From Candidatus Omnitrophota bacterium (lineage in GTDB: Bacteria; Omnitrophota; Gorgyraeia; Zapsychrales; Zapsychraceae): a stretch of 64,000 nucleotides of DNA. The notes beneath the pieces were generated by a model that was not told the DNA's origin, searched no databases, and was given only the letters and a program-made list of their open reading frames with translations. This document shows, one piece after another, positions 1 through 9,157 of this stretch. The position numbers were made by a program, and so were the translations under genes. The stretch is taken from NCBI GenBank assembly GCA_015233115.1, contig JADFYJ010000010.1, positions 5,083 to 69,082 on the forward strand, written 5' to 3'. Each line of letters opens with the position of its first letter. Within the stretch, counting starts at the first letter, position 1.

Positions 1-593
1 ACCAACTCTACCAGAGTCACCATCATAATACTATAAAAAACCATCCATCCTTGTCCATGAGGGGTTTTCCACGAATTCAATTTAAAATACGCGGTACTTA
101 ATAAAGCTAAAATTCCCGCGACAACCACAAATAATTCCGGGCGGAGTCCAATAAAAGCAATCTGTAAAGGAATGAGCAGCAAAATCGCGTCAAAATCATC
201 AAACACCGCCAACACTTGAGCTTTTTGAAACACCCAGGTTTTTTTCAAGCCCGCGGCCGCCAGCATCGCGAACAAAACTCCAGCAGACGTGGGCGCGGCA
301 AACACGCCGATCAACAGCGCGTGATTCCAATTCGTCTTAAAAACCATAGCAAAATATACCGCGCACAAAATCCACGGTAAAGCGGCAGCCAAAAAAGCGA
401 ATAAAAAATCAAACCCGTAATTCTTAAGCCGTTTTTTATCAATAATAAATTCCAGGCCGACGCCAATCATGATATAGGCCAGACAAATCTTGGTTATCAA
501 ATCTAGCCCGGGTTTAATGGAAGACAAATTCACGGCCTGAGAACAAACCATACCGGAGATAAGGAGGATGCTATATAAAATGACTAAAAACAT
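1..593 (-). CDS. Partial (N-terminal part only; continues past window start) polytopic membrane protein resembling a cation:proton antiporter (CPA family). Translation begins MFLVILYSILLISG...GVGLEFI...
   Basis: Reverse-strand ORF open to coordinate 1 with ATG at 593-591. Hydrophobic helices and a GxGLEF-like motif are typical of Na+/H+ exchanger N-termini. Not in the ORF track because it is truncated. Confidence 0.4.
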   Translation of the reverse strand, partial: MFLVILYSILLISGMVCSQAVNLSSIKPGLDLITKICLAYIMIGVGLEFIIDKKRLKNYGFDFLFAFLAAALPWILCAVYFAMVFKTNWNHALLIGVFAAPTSAGVLFAMLAAAGLKKTWVFQKAQVLAVFDDFDAILLLIPLQIAFIGLRPELFVVVAGILALLSTAYFKLNSWKTPHGQGWMVFYSIMMVTLVEL

Positions 594-2149
594 TTTTTGT
601 CCGAATTTTGATGCGGGAGACCTAATTTTTTTCTCAATAAATCCATATCAAAATGCGTTTCATCGGGCATATTTTCGCCCATCTTCTCCATTCTGTTAAT
701 CAGCGCCTCTAACCTTAGCCGCCCTTCTTCAGTTTTAACAGTCTGCAAGGGGGTTTTATTATTCAAGGCCGGTATTTTAGTAACAATCCATTCTTTCAAA
801 TAATAATCTTCCAAATGTTGCCGGATAAATTTATTCAAAACAGGATCATCGTCAATTTTTTTCTGCTCTTCAGCAAATTTTTTTTCGTCTTCAGCGCTTA
901 ACGGCGGCAAGGAAGCCAAATCTTTTCCTTCCACCTTCTCATATTCAACACGTGACCCCAACCCTTTGCTGAGTTTGCTCTTTAGCCGCAGTGCCCTTTC
1001 TAACGAATTGGCTTGACCCACCAGATATTCCCCTTTAATCTCGATGGATCCCAAAATGGTATTCCCCGATAAAGTTTTATTTCCTTTTTTAAACCAAATC
1101 CACGTCTTATTTTGGGCGTCATAGTCAACGCATGGCAAATTATCTATTTTTTCTCTCAGGCCTTCTTTCTCACTAATTTTAAAATAAACTGAGCAGAAAA
1201 TAATTTTTTCTTTGTCTGTGGTGACCATATGTGGTTGACGAACTGATTCTTCTTTAAATCGTGCTTCATGTTCTCTATTTGGATTATTGCTGCGATATAG
1301 ATATTCCGCCCAGAACATACTCGCCGCTTTACTACCGTCCCGGATAGGATCAAAAGATAGTGACCTTGTTTTCATATACTCTTTGAAGCCATCTATATTC
1401 ATTTTAAGAATTTCTAAAAAATCTTTCTTAGCTTCTTTTGAAAATATATAAGGATCGCCAAAACACCATGCCTCATCCATAGTACCGACTAAACGGCAAA
1501 ACCATATGTCCGACTCATGCGCGTCTTTTTGATATGGTTCACCAGTTATTATCATTTTCCAAGTCTTCTTAGTAACCAATTCTTTAAAAATAATAAATTC
1601 TCGCTGAACTTCTTTAACTTCAAAACAGGTGGCATAACTATTGGTTAACCGCGATAACAAATAACGTTCATCAGAATTAAGACTTTTATAATGAATCGAT
1701 TCAGTAAACCGTTCCGCGATAGTTTTTTGATAAGTGCCAAAACGAAAATCCAGAAAAAACCAATTCATGCAAAAACTTTCATGCAGGCCGCCGGGTTGGC
1801 CGGGCCTAAAATCGCGTTCAATTTCCTCATAACAACCGGTCAAAACATCATGAAATTCTTCTTCCCGCATTATAAATGCTCCATACTTGGCAATCATGGC
1901 AAACAAATCAAGAAAGTCACCCAATTTTGTATCTGCCAATTCTTCGGGCACTAGCGTTTTTTCAATACAACATTTTTTGTATTTCTTCCCGCTGCCGCAA
2001 GGGCAAGCGTCGTTACGGCCAACTTTTTCATATAACATAAAAATGCCTTTCAAATTTTTTGCATTCATTGGGCATCCTCTTTTTTTTATCGTCAACAAAA
2101 TGATCACTTCTCGATGCAAGGAGCCAGAAATGACCAATAAAATACGCAT
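584..2149 (-). CDS. SEC-C metal-binding motif protein (CPCGSGKKYKKCC near the N-terminus). Otherwise uncharacterised. The true start is probably the internal MNAKNLKG, around 2071.
   Basis: The CPCGSGKKYKKCC SEC-C zinc-binding motif is visible in the translation. The rest has no motif I recognise. Confidence 0.5.
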   Translation of the reverse strand: MRILLVISGSLHREVIILLTIKKRGCPMNAKNLKGIFMLYEKVGRNDACPCGSGKKYKKCCIEKTLVPEELADTKLGDFLDLFAMIAKYGAFIMREEEFHDVLTGCYEEIERDFRPGQPGGLHESFCMNWFFLDFRFGTYQKTIAERFTESIHYKSLNSDERYLLSRLTNSYATCFEVKEVQREFIIFKELVTKKTWKMIITGEPYQKDAHESDIWFCRLVGTMDEAWCFGDPYIFSKEAKKDFLEILKMNIDGFKEYMKTRSLSFDPIRDGSKAASMFWAEYLYRSNNPNREHEARFKEESVRQPHMVTTDKEKIIFCSVYFKISEKEGLREKIDNLPCVDYDAQNKTWIWFKKGNKTLSGNTILGSIEIKGEYLVGQANSLERALRLKSKLSKGLGSRVEYEKVEGKDLASLPPLSAEDEKKFAEEQKKIDDDPVLNKFIRQHLEDYYLKEWIVTKIPALNNKTPLQTVKTEEGRLRLEALINRMEKMGENMPDETHFDMDLLRKKLGLPHQNSDKKCF

Positions 2150-2245
2150 TAAATTTTAAAAATAAAATTTCAAAGTTGACATTTAGTGACATATATGACA
2201 TATTCAAACTGCGGGACTGGGGCTTTCCTGGGCCCGTTTTTTATT

Positions 2246-2971
2246 TTACGGAAAAGTCTTCAAACCATAACCTAAGCACTTTCCCTCTTTTGCATGAATC
2301 TTGGTTCGCAATACTTCAAACGCGGCATTCTCTCTCTTTTGATCCATAGCCCATTTGCCAATAGGATACGCAACAAGATCAGCAATTTGCATTCCGGCTA
2401 TATTTTGAGATTTTTGATTGAAAGAAAGGTCCGCTAATTTAGCATGAACTTCTTCTTTACTAAACCGTTCGCTTCCCTCCCGAAACGATTCATACTCTTG
2501 TGCCAATTTACGGTCATTATGAGTTTCCCGAGACTCAATCCGTAGCATCATCTGTTCTTTCTGCCGCCCTAAATACATAATCGATCTTTCGAGAATAAAC
2601 CGAAAACACAAGTGATATGGATTATCCGGCTCTGCGTACTGATTCTTAAGGACAGTTTTATTAATTGCTGCAGCAATTATTGTAAAATCCAAATTCAATA
2701 ACATCTCATTTAAGTCGAGATAAAAAGCCTCTCTTTTTCTTTTATCAACCAACGAGGCAAAAGCATTCTTTTGTTTTCGAATGTCATACGACCTTAAAAT
2801 TATAGAATCCTTTGAGAAATGTTTTTGTTTCAGTTCTTGGACAGCAGGCTCAACTATTGCAGTATAATAATCAAAATTAAAAATACATCCCGCCAAAACA
2901 AACACAGGATAAGTAGCATCAATTTTTTCAAGACTATGATCACCTGATTCATCCAAAAACATTATTTTCAT
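2246..2971 (-). CDS. DUF3800-family protein (N-terminus MKIMFLDESGDHS... followed by a hydrophobic VFVLAGCIF stretch).
   Basis: The N-terminal 'xxFLDESGD' motif followed by a hydrophobic strand is the signature of DUF3800 (RNase-H-like fold proteins). Confidence 0.5.
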   Translation of the reverse strand: MKIMFLDESGDHSLEKIDATYPVFVLAGCIFNFDYYTAIVEPAVQELKQKHFSKDSIILRSYDIRKQKNAFASLVDKRKREAFYLDLNEMLLNLDFTIIAAAINKTVLKNQYAEPDNPYHLCFRFILERSIMYLGRQKEQMMLRIESRETHNDRKLAQEYESFREGSERFSKEEVHAKLADLSFNQKSQNIAGMQIADLVAYPIGKWAMDQKRENAAFEVLRTKIHAKEGKCLGYGLKTFP

Positions 2972-3220
2972 TTTCTAATATCCTTATTTAACCTTAAAAC
3001 CAATTCTTTTGCTGATACTTTAAACCATTTTTTCTAAACCTATTGCAAATTCCGAGTTTAATGAAAATCAAATTGGTTTGTATTTTATACTTCTTCATAC
3101 AGGGAGTCAACGGGAATAACGGTTACAAACGGTTCTAAAAAAACTCACAAACCACATGACAGCACCCTAAAATTAATTATATAATTTAAATAATATAAAC
3201 GCGGTTAAAAGGTTGACCCC

Positions 3221-4777
3221 ATGAAAAATCTATCCCAACAACTTTTCAAAATTAAAGACCTTAACCTTATTTTAGCGGAAAGCCATGAGCCGCATAAAAA
3301 ACTTAAACGGGCTTTAACCGCGTTTGATTTAATTGTTTTCGGAGTCGGAGTGACTGTAGGCGCGGGAATTTTCGCGACTGTGGGTACTGCGGCGGCTGGT
3401 GATGCTCTCCGTTTGGGCGCTGGCCCGGCTCTTATCCTCTCGTTCGCGTTAACTGCCATTGCTTGCGCGTTTGCCGCTTTATGTTACGCGGAATTGGCGT
3501 CTTTGGTACCGATATCCGGCAGCGCGTATACTTATTCTTATGCCACATTCGGCGAACTGATTGCCTGGATTATTGGCTGGGACTTGATGCTGGAATACGG
3601 CGTCGGCAGTATCGCCGTTTCCTTAAGCTGGTCAGGATATTTCCAGGGATTCCTGCGAGGGATAGGGATCAATTTGCCGGCCTGGGCCACGATTGATTTT
3701 CGTTCCGCGATTTCCGGATTTGAAAAAGCGTCCAGTCAAATTTGCGCTACGACACCCTTGGAACAATTGAGCCCAGGTTTACAGCACGCCTGGAATGCTG
3801 TGCACAGCGCGCCGCATATTTTCGGCATACCTTTTGTTTGTAATTTACCTGCCAGCTTAGTCGTGCTTTTATTAACCATTGTTTTAGTTATAGGGATCAA
3901 AGAAAGCTCCCGGTTCAATGTCATCATTGTCGCAGTCAAACTCGCGGTCCTCGGATTTTTTATTTTTATTGGCGCGAAACACGTGAATCCGCAAAATTGG
4001 GTGCCGTTTGCTCCTAACGGATTCGCCGGGATTAAAGCAGCGGCGGCTATTGCTTTTTTTGCTTACATCGGCTTTGACGTGGTTTCAACGGCCGCAGAAG
4101 AAACGATTAATCCTAAACGAGATGTTCCTATCGGGATTTTGGGATCGCTTTTGATTTGTACTTTAATTTACATGAGCGTCGCGGCCGTGTTCACCGGACT
4201 TATTCCTTTTCCGGCATTAAAAGCCGCTTTAACCGCGGAAAAAGCTGAACCTTTGGCTTACGCCATGCGTTACGCTCATCTGGGATGGGCCGCCGGCATT
4301 ATAGGCTTTGGTTCCATTGCCGCTCAGCTGGCTGTACTTCTAGTTTTACAGATGGGACAATCCCGGATCTTTTTTTCCATGGCCCGCGACGGACTTCTTC
4401 CCCAAAGTTTCGCGAAAGTCCATCCCCGTTTTAAAACACCATATGTCACGACGATCTTGACCGGAATCATTATTGCGTTGTTTGCCGCGTTTACTAACAT
4501 TGAAGAAATGGTTGACCTCACCAATATCGGAACATTGTTTGCCTTTGCGCTGGTGTGTTTTGGCGTGATTATTTTAAGAGTAAAAGAACCGCATCGTCAC
4601 CGCACCTTTAAAGTGCCGCTCAATCCGGTCATCCCTTTGTTAGGCGTAGCTTCCTGCGTTTTTTTAATGACCGCGCTTCCCGCGATTACCTGGATTAGAT
4701 TTATCGTGTGGCTGTTAATCGGGCTGGTAGTTTATTTTATGTATGGGATTAAACACAGTTTGTTGCATAAAAATTAA
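3221..4777 (+). CDS. APC-superfamily amino-acid permease (about 12 TM).
   Basis: FGVGVTVGAGIFAT motif near the N-terminus and alternating hydrophobic segments over 518 aa. Only substantial plus-strand gene in the window. Its 3' end overlaps the convergent ABC-F gene by 4 nt. Confidence 0.85.
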   Translation: MKNLSQQLFKIKDLNLILAESHEPHKKLKRALTAFDLIVFGVGVTVGAGIFATVGTAAAGDALRLGAGPALILSFALTAIACAFAALCYAELASLVPISGSAYTYSYATFGELIAWIIGWDLMLEYGVGSIAVSLSWSGYFQGFLRGIGINLPAWATIDFRSAISGFEKASSQICATTPLEQLSPGLQHAWNAVHSAPHIFGIPFVCNLPASLVVLLLTIVLVIGIKESSRFNVIIVAVKLAVLGFFIFIGAKHVNPQNWVPFAPNGFAGIKAAAAIAFFAYIGFDVVSTAAEETINPKRDVPIGILGSLLICTLIYMSVAAVFTGLIPFPALKAALTAEKAEPLAYAMRYAHLGWAAGIIGFGSIAAQLAVLLVLQMGQSRIFFSMARDGLLPQSFAKVHPRFKTPYVTTILTGIIIALFAAFTNIEEMVDLTNIGTLFAFALVCFGVIILRVKEPHRHRTFKVPLNPVIPLLGVASCVFLMTALPAITWIRFIVWLLIGLVVYFMYGIKHSLLHKN

Positions 4778-6681
4778 TTATTTTCTTCCAACAGCTCCCA
4801 CCTCTGAAACGCGGCGAGCAGGTCGTCTTCGACTTGTTCTAACTCAGCTTTGATCTTCGCGATCTCAGCTGGTTCTTTTTTAAAAAAGGCTGGATCCGCC
4901 ATCAGCTCATAAAATTGTTCCCGCTTGGCTTCAAGCTCTTCAATTTTCGCTGGAAGGCTTTTCAATTCTTGTTCTTCTTTAAAAGACAATTTTTTTATAA
5001 TCTTAGGTTTTTCACAAAGAGACGGCTCATTCTTCTTTGGCGCAGGGGTTTCTTCTTCCTCGTTCTTCTTCGCTTGTTTCGCGCCTGCTTCACGCTGACT
5101 TAGCCAATCATCATATCCGCCGATGTATTCATTAATCACGCCGTTGCCTTCCATCACAATTGTGGAGGTTACCACATTATTCAAAAACGCACGGTCATGG
5201 CTGACCAATAAAAGCGTACCCGTATAATCAACCAATAATTCTTCCAAAAGTTCCAGCGTTTCAATATCCAAATCATTAGTCGGCTCATCCATGACCAGCA
5301 AATTCGAAGGTTGGGTAAATAAACGAGCCAGTAACAAACGATTGCGTTCTCCGCCAGATAAAACTTTGACCGGTGTTCGCGCGCGGTCTGGTGTGAATAA
5401 AAAATCCTGTAAATAGCCGATGATATGACGAGGCCGGCCATTGATAATGACCGTATCTCCATGACCACACACATTTTCAGCCACAGTTTTTTCGTCATCC
5501 AGCTCTTCCCGCAGTTGATCGTAATAAACGATTTCCAGATTCGTTCCCAACCGGACTGTCCCGCTTTGCGACGGAAGTTTGCCCAGCAATATCCGCAACA
5601 AGGTGGTCTTGCCGCAGCCGTTCGGGCCAATCACGCCGATTTTATCCCCACGCATAATCTGCGTTGAAAAATCCTTAATCAAAACTTTATCCCCAAAACT
5701 ATGATTAAGCCGGGTCGCCTTAAGAACCAAATGCCCTGACTTATCTGTTTCCTGCACCCGAAATCGTACTTGGCCGATCAATTGCCGCTGGGCTCTTCTT
5801 TCTTCGCGCATCACTTGCAATCTTTTTATACGGCCTTCATCGCGGCAACGGCGGGCCTTAACCCCTTGTCTTATCCAAATCTCTTCCTGCGCCAATTTTT
5901 TACCAAACTCTTCCCGCTGAGTCGATTCCACTTCTAACGCCATTTTTTTCCGTTCCAAAAACGTTTTATAATCGCAAGCCCAGGTAAACAATTTTCCACG
6001 GTCCAATTCAATAATCTTCGTCGTTAAATTCTGCATAAAATTCCGGTCATGCGTGACAAAAAAGATTGTACCCGGATACGTTTTTAAAAATCCTTCGAGC
6101 CAGTTAATCGAATCAATATCCAAATGATTGGTCGGCTCATCCAGAAGGAGAACATCGGGTTTAATAACCAAAGCCCTTGCCAAAAGCACCCGGCGTTTCT
6201 GTCCTCCTGACAAAAGTTCAAACTCGGCATCCGGATCCAGTTTCATTTTAGAAATAATGAAATCAACCTGATTACTAATTTCCCACCCGTCGGTATGATC
6301 CAGCGCGGATTGCAAACGGTCCAGCTCATCCATTAATTCCTGAGTATGTTCTGTTTGCAAACGATGACTGACATGATGATATTCGCTCAAATTTTTAGCC
6401 ACATGGCCCAAACCTGACAAAACAATATCAAATACCGTTCCTTTGATATCCGTCGGGACCTCCTGTGGAAGATGCGTGACCTGTATCCCTTTTTGAAAAA
6501 TAACCTGCCCTTCATCCACGCCCAGCTGGCCCGCCATAACTTTCATCAAAGTGGTTTTGCCTGTGCCATTGCGCCCCAAAAGCGCGATCCGCTCTCCTTG
6601 TTCCACCTGCAAACTAATACCGTCGAACAAACGGGGCCCGCCGAATGCTAAATTAATGTCCTGTAAACTAATTAAAGCCAT
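4774..6681 (-). CDS. ABC-F family ATPase (Uup/YheS-like). Two ABC cassettes and a C-terminal coiled-coil/charged domain, no TM domain.
   Basis: Two Walker A motifs (GRNGTGKTT and GPNGCGKTT), two ABC signatures (LSGGQKRRVLLARAL and LSGGERNRLLLARL), and a lysine/glutamate-rich C-terminal coiled coil as in Uup. Confidence 0.85.
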   Translation of the reverse strand: MALISLQDINLAFGGPRLFDGISLQVEQGERIALLGRNGTGKTTLMKVMAGQLGVDEGQVIFQKGIQVTHLPQEVPTDIKGTVFDIVLSGLGHVAKNLSEYHHVSHRLQTEHTQELMDELDRLQSALDHTDGWEISNQVDFIISKMKLDPDAEFELLSGGQKRRVLLARALVIKPDVLLLDEPTNHLDIDSINWLEGFLKTYPGTIFFVTHDRNFMQNLTTKIIELDRGKLFTWACDYKTFLERKKMALEVESTQREEFGKKLAQEEIWIRQGVKARRCRDEGRIKRLQVMREERRAQRQLIGQVRFRVQETDKSGHLVLKATRLNHSFGDKVLIKDFSTQIMRGDKIGVIGPNGCGKTTLLRILLGKLPSQSGTVRLGTNLEIVYYDQLREELDDEKTVAENVCGHGDTVIINGRPRHIIGYLQDFLFTPDRARTPVKVLSGGERNRLLLARLFTQPSNLLVMDEPTNDLDIETLELLEELLVDYTGTLLLVSHDRAFLNNVVTSTIVMEGNGVINEYIGGYDDWLSQREAGAKQAKKNEEEETPAPKKNEPSLCEKPKIIKKLSFKEEQELKSLPAKIEELEAKREQFYELMADPAFFKKEPAEIAKIKAELEQVEDDLLAAFQRWELLEENN

Positions 6682-6771
6682 AGTTTAAAATTCTTTCTGG
6701 TAATTATTTATAAATAATGAGGGAAAGTGTATCATGGAGAGAAACGGCTGTCTATAGATATGACTTTGACG

Positions 6772-7575
6772 TTATCCAATTTGAAAACTTCTCATGGATA
6801 TTGATCCATTTTGTATGCCTTCATACATAAACTTTAACGACTCGCCTTTTTCCTGTAAACCTAATGCGTAGATCATGGGTAAATAATGATCCAGGGTCGG
6901 AATCGCTAAAGCGGCATTTTTTTCGTGGTTTAAAATATCTATCAAATACGCATGATCTTCATGGGACAATTTTTCCTTCATTTTTTCATCTAATTTTAAT
7001 GCCCAATCATAAACTGGGGTTTCGATGTCATATTCGATCTGACTCAGATTATGCACCATATTCCCGCTAGCCATAATCAAGACCCCTTGGGTTCTTAAAT
7101 CAACAAATCTCTGCGCCAACCCATAATGATAACGCAAGGGTTTAGGTTCCCACTGATTAAACAAATAATCCAGGCTTACTTCGAATACGGGAATATCCGC
7201 GGCAGGGAACATATATTTTAATACCGCGTAAGCCGCGTGATCCAAGCCGCGGACATGATCACACTCGATGAGATCGGCAGATGAGGCTTGAATCTGTCGC
7301 GCGAATTCTGAAGCTCCGGGGCAGGCATATTTAAAATTATATAGCTCTTTTGGAAAACCGGAAAAATCATAAATCATTTCCGGCTTATCTCCGCTCGCCA
7401 CGCGCGTCCCCTTGCTCAGCCAATGCGCGGAAATCACCATAATCGCTTTCGGCCGAGGCAATGCTTTGCCCCAGCGGATCAAACTCCTGGTGAAATCATT
7501 ATCCAAAATCATATTCATGGGCGAGCCATGACCGACAAATAAAACCGGCATCTTTTTTTTATCAGCTTTATTCAT
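6772..7575 (-). CDS. ygiD: DODA-type extradiol ring-cleavage dioxygenase (4,5-DOPA dioxygenase, YgiD-like). The track ORF extends to 7665, but the likely start is MNKADKKKMPVLFVGHGSPMN at 7575.
   Basis: PVLFVGHGSPMN N-terminal motif and overall length match the YgiD/LigB class III extradiol dioxygenase family. The upstream ORF extension is produced by an in-frame 8-mer tandem repeat and is probably not coding. Confidence 0.75.
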   Translation of the reverse strand: MNKADKKKMPVLFVGHGSPMNMILDNDFTRSLIRWGKALPRPKAIMVISAHWLSKGTRVASGDKPEMIYDFSGFPKELYNFKYACPGASEFARQIQASSADLIECDHVRGLDHAAYAVLKYMFPAADIPVFEVSLDYLFNQWEPKPLRYHYGLAQRFVDLRTQGVLIMASGNMVHNLSQIEYDIETPVYDWALKLDEKMKEKLSHEDHAYLIDILNHEKNAALAIPTLDHYLPMIYALGLQEKGESLKFMYEGIQNGSISMRSFQIG

Positions 7576-7591
7576 ATACCCATCCATTAAG

Positions 7592-7640
7592 TAACAAAGT
7601 AACAGAGTGACAGAGTAACAGAGTGACAGAGTGACAGAGT
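7592..7640. repeat. Tandem 8-nt repeat ((A/G)ACAGAGT, about 6 copies) immediately upstream of the ygiD-like start.
   Basis: Direct reading: gtaacaaagtaacagagtgacagagtaacagagtgacagagtgacagagtg. Confidence 0.8.
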
Positions 7641-7843
7641 GTCTGTAGGACGGCAGGTTAATCAATAGAACAAATCCGCATGTGCCATCCGCGCTCTAGT
7701 CTTTCGGCAACAGTTCATGCCATATCCAGGCGGCTTGAAAGCATGTTGTCGCTAAGCAAAGAAATACAATATTTGTTAAAGAAATTTTTTCGTTAAAATC
7801 CATATACATCTCCTAACATATATAACCCTGAATCCCTCGTGGT

Positions 7844-9034
7844 TTAGGGTTCAACCACAATTTTTCCCCGCATATCTTCATGCCCTTCGCCGCAAAATAT
7901 ATCGCAAAAAAACTCAAAAGTGCCAATTTTTTGAGGTGTTATATGCACAGCAGCAGCCTTCCCAGGCCTAATTTCCGCGTGAATACCCAACTCAGGGCAA
8001 TTAAAACCATGAACCACATCTTTGGTCGTTAATTCCAAAGATACAGGAACACCTTTTTTTAACACGATTTTATTGGGATTATATTCAAATTTCTTGGCTG
8101 TAATTTGAATCACCTTCTCTGGCGAATCCACATCAGCCATTGCCATTTTCATGACTCCTTCCACAGAATATTCCATAATGACAAATTCCCCGGAAGCTTT
8201 AACCGTTATACTACGAAAACCTAAACCGTTATATGGTGATGCCGGATCCCACGACACTGGCGCTTTTTTCTCCACAGAACCGGGCGCGGGCAAAGGATAC
8301 ATTAATCCCTTGGCCGCATGAAACGTGATATCCCCTTCTGTATGTTCATTAAGCTGATGAATATGGCCATAAAATACTTGCACATTTTTAAACGGCTTAA
8401 GCATCTCTAAAGCCTTTGCCCCGTCTTTGGTCCACCAGTCCCATTGAGGATACAAATCAAAAAGAGGCCGGTGCGTTAAAACCACAATCCTGGCATCTGG
8501 AGGAAGTTTAGCCACTTCCATCTTCATCCACTGTAACTGCTCATCTCCTAAAGTAGACTTTGGGTCTGAAACATTATCGAGCGCGATAAAATATATTCCT
8601 TTATGCTCAAACACATAATGAGTTTCCCCAAAAACCTCTTTATACGCCTGTCCGTTATCCAATGCTGCGTCATGCTCTCCGGGTAAAAATTTTAAATCTT
8701 TAATTTGCAGGCCGCTCACGATATCCCGGAATCCCATAAGCCGCTTACGCCGTTCTTTGGCATCGCTGGTGGTGTGAGTCAAATCTCCGGTAAAAACAAT
8801 AAAATCCGGCTGCGGATTCATGGCATTGACAGCGGTAATCGCTTTTTTCAAAGTGAGGGAAGCATCCGGGTTAATTTTTGGATCATTAAATCCCCAATGA
8901 GTGTCGGAAAGCTGAACAAATGTGAAATCTTCCATTTTTGTCACGGTGTCTGCCGCATGAACAAAATGGCAAAAAAATAATCCATATGCTAAAACTAAAA
9001 AACCTAAAATTTTTCTAAAACGAATCCCTATCAT
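7844..9034 (-). CDS. Secreted calcineurin-like metallophosphoesterase fused to a C-terminal CuA-type cupredoxin domain.
   Basis: N-terminal signal peptide (MIGIRFRKILGFLVLAYGLFFCHFVHA). The phosphoesterase motifs GDLTH and GHIH are present. The C-terminus carries H...CDIFCGEGHEDM, i.e. H-x(n)-C-x3-C-x3-H-x2-M, the binuclear CuA ligand pattern of COX subunit II and NosZ. Strong RBS (AGGAGG) before the ATG at 9034. Confidence 0.7.
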   Translation of the reverse strand: MIGIRFRKILGFLVLAYGLFFCHFVHAADTVTKMEDFTFVQLSDTHWGFNDPKINPDASLTLKKAITAVNAMNPQPDFIVFTGDLTHTTSDAKERRKRLMGFRDIVSGLQIKDLKFLPGEHDAALDNGQAYKEVFGETHYVFEHKGIYFIALDNVSDPKSTLGDEQLQWMKMEVAKLPPDARIVVLTHRPLFDLYPQWDWWTKDGAKALEMLKPFKNVQVFYGHIHQLNEHTEGDITFHAAKGLMYPLPAPGSVEKKAPVSWDPASPYNGLGFRSITVKASGEFVIMEYSVEGVMKMAMADVDSPEKVIQITAKKFEYNPNKIVLKKGVPVSLELTTKDVVHGFNCPELGIHAEIRPGKAAAVHITPQKIGTFEFFCDIFCGEGHEDMRGKIVVEP

Positions 9035-9103
9035 TTTTTCCTCCTTTTTCTTTCTTGCTATAGTCTAAAAGAAAGAACGATTTTGTAAATTCTCAGAATC
9101 CGC

Positions 9104-9124
9104 TTTTTATTGACTTTTTTCTAC
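9104..9124 (+). promoter_or_regulatory. 21-nt motif TTTTTATTGACTTTTTTCTAC. It recurs identically at 17216-17236 and nearly identically at 27646-27661. Candidate shared transcription-factor site or promoter element.
   Basis: Exact string match found by eye at three intergenic positions. Each lies upstream of a minus-strand gene start: the phosphoesterase-cupredoxin gene, the SDR gene, and the small-ORF/MCO operon. Confidence 0.45.
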
Positions 9125-9131
9125 TAAATAT

Positions 9132-9152
9132 GGACCACCGACGCGGTGGTCC
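9132..9152. terminator. Perfect 9-bp inverted repeat (GGACCACCG-acg-CGGTGGTCC) directly 3' of the yihY stop. Possible terminator or attenuator hairpin.
   Basis: Palindrome read from the sequence. No clear U-tract follows, so intrinsic-terminator status is uncertain. Confidence 0.35.
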
Positions 9153-9157
9153 AAAGG

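Noticed and set aside
1691-2159. Two plus-strand ORFs (87 and 90 aa) overlapping the SEC-C gene.
   Set aside because: They lie antisense within a longer, motif-bearing minus-strand ORF and have no RBS. Their translations are low-complexity.
2150-2245. Rho-independent terminator at GGGACTGGGGCTTTCCTGGGCCCGTTTTTTATTTT.
   Set aside because: Despite the T-run, the upstream GC-rich segment does not form a clean stem when the arms are compared as reverse complements, so it is not called as a terminator.
3205-3939. Minus-strand ORF (84 aa) and plus-strand ORF (77 aa, 3463..3696) overlapping the amino-acid permease gene.
   Set aside because: Both are alternative-frame or antisense artefacts inside a well-supported 12-TM permease ORF.
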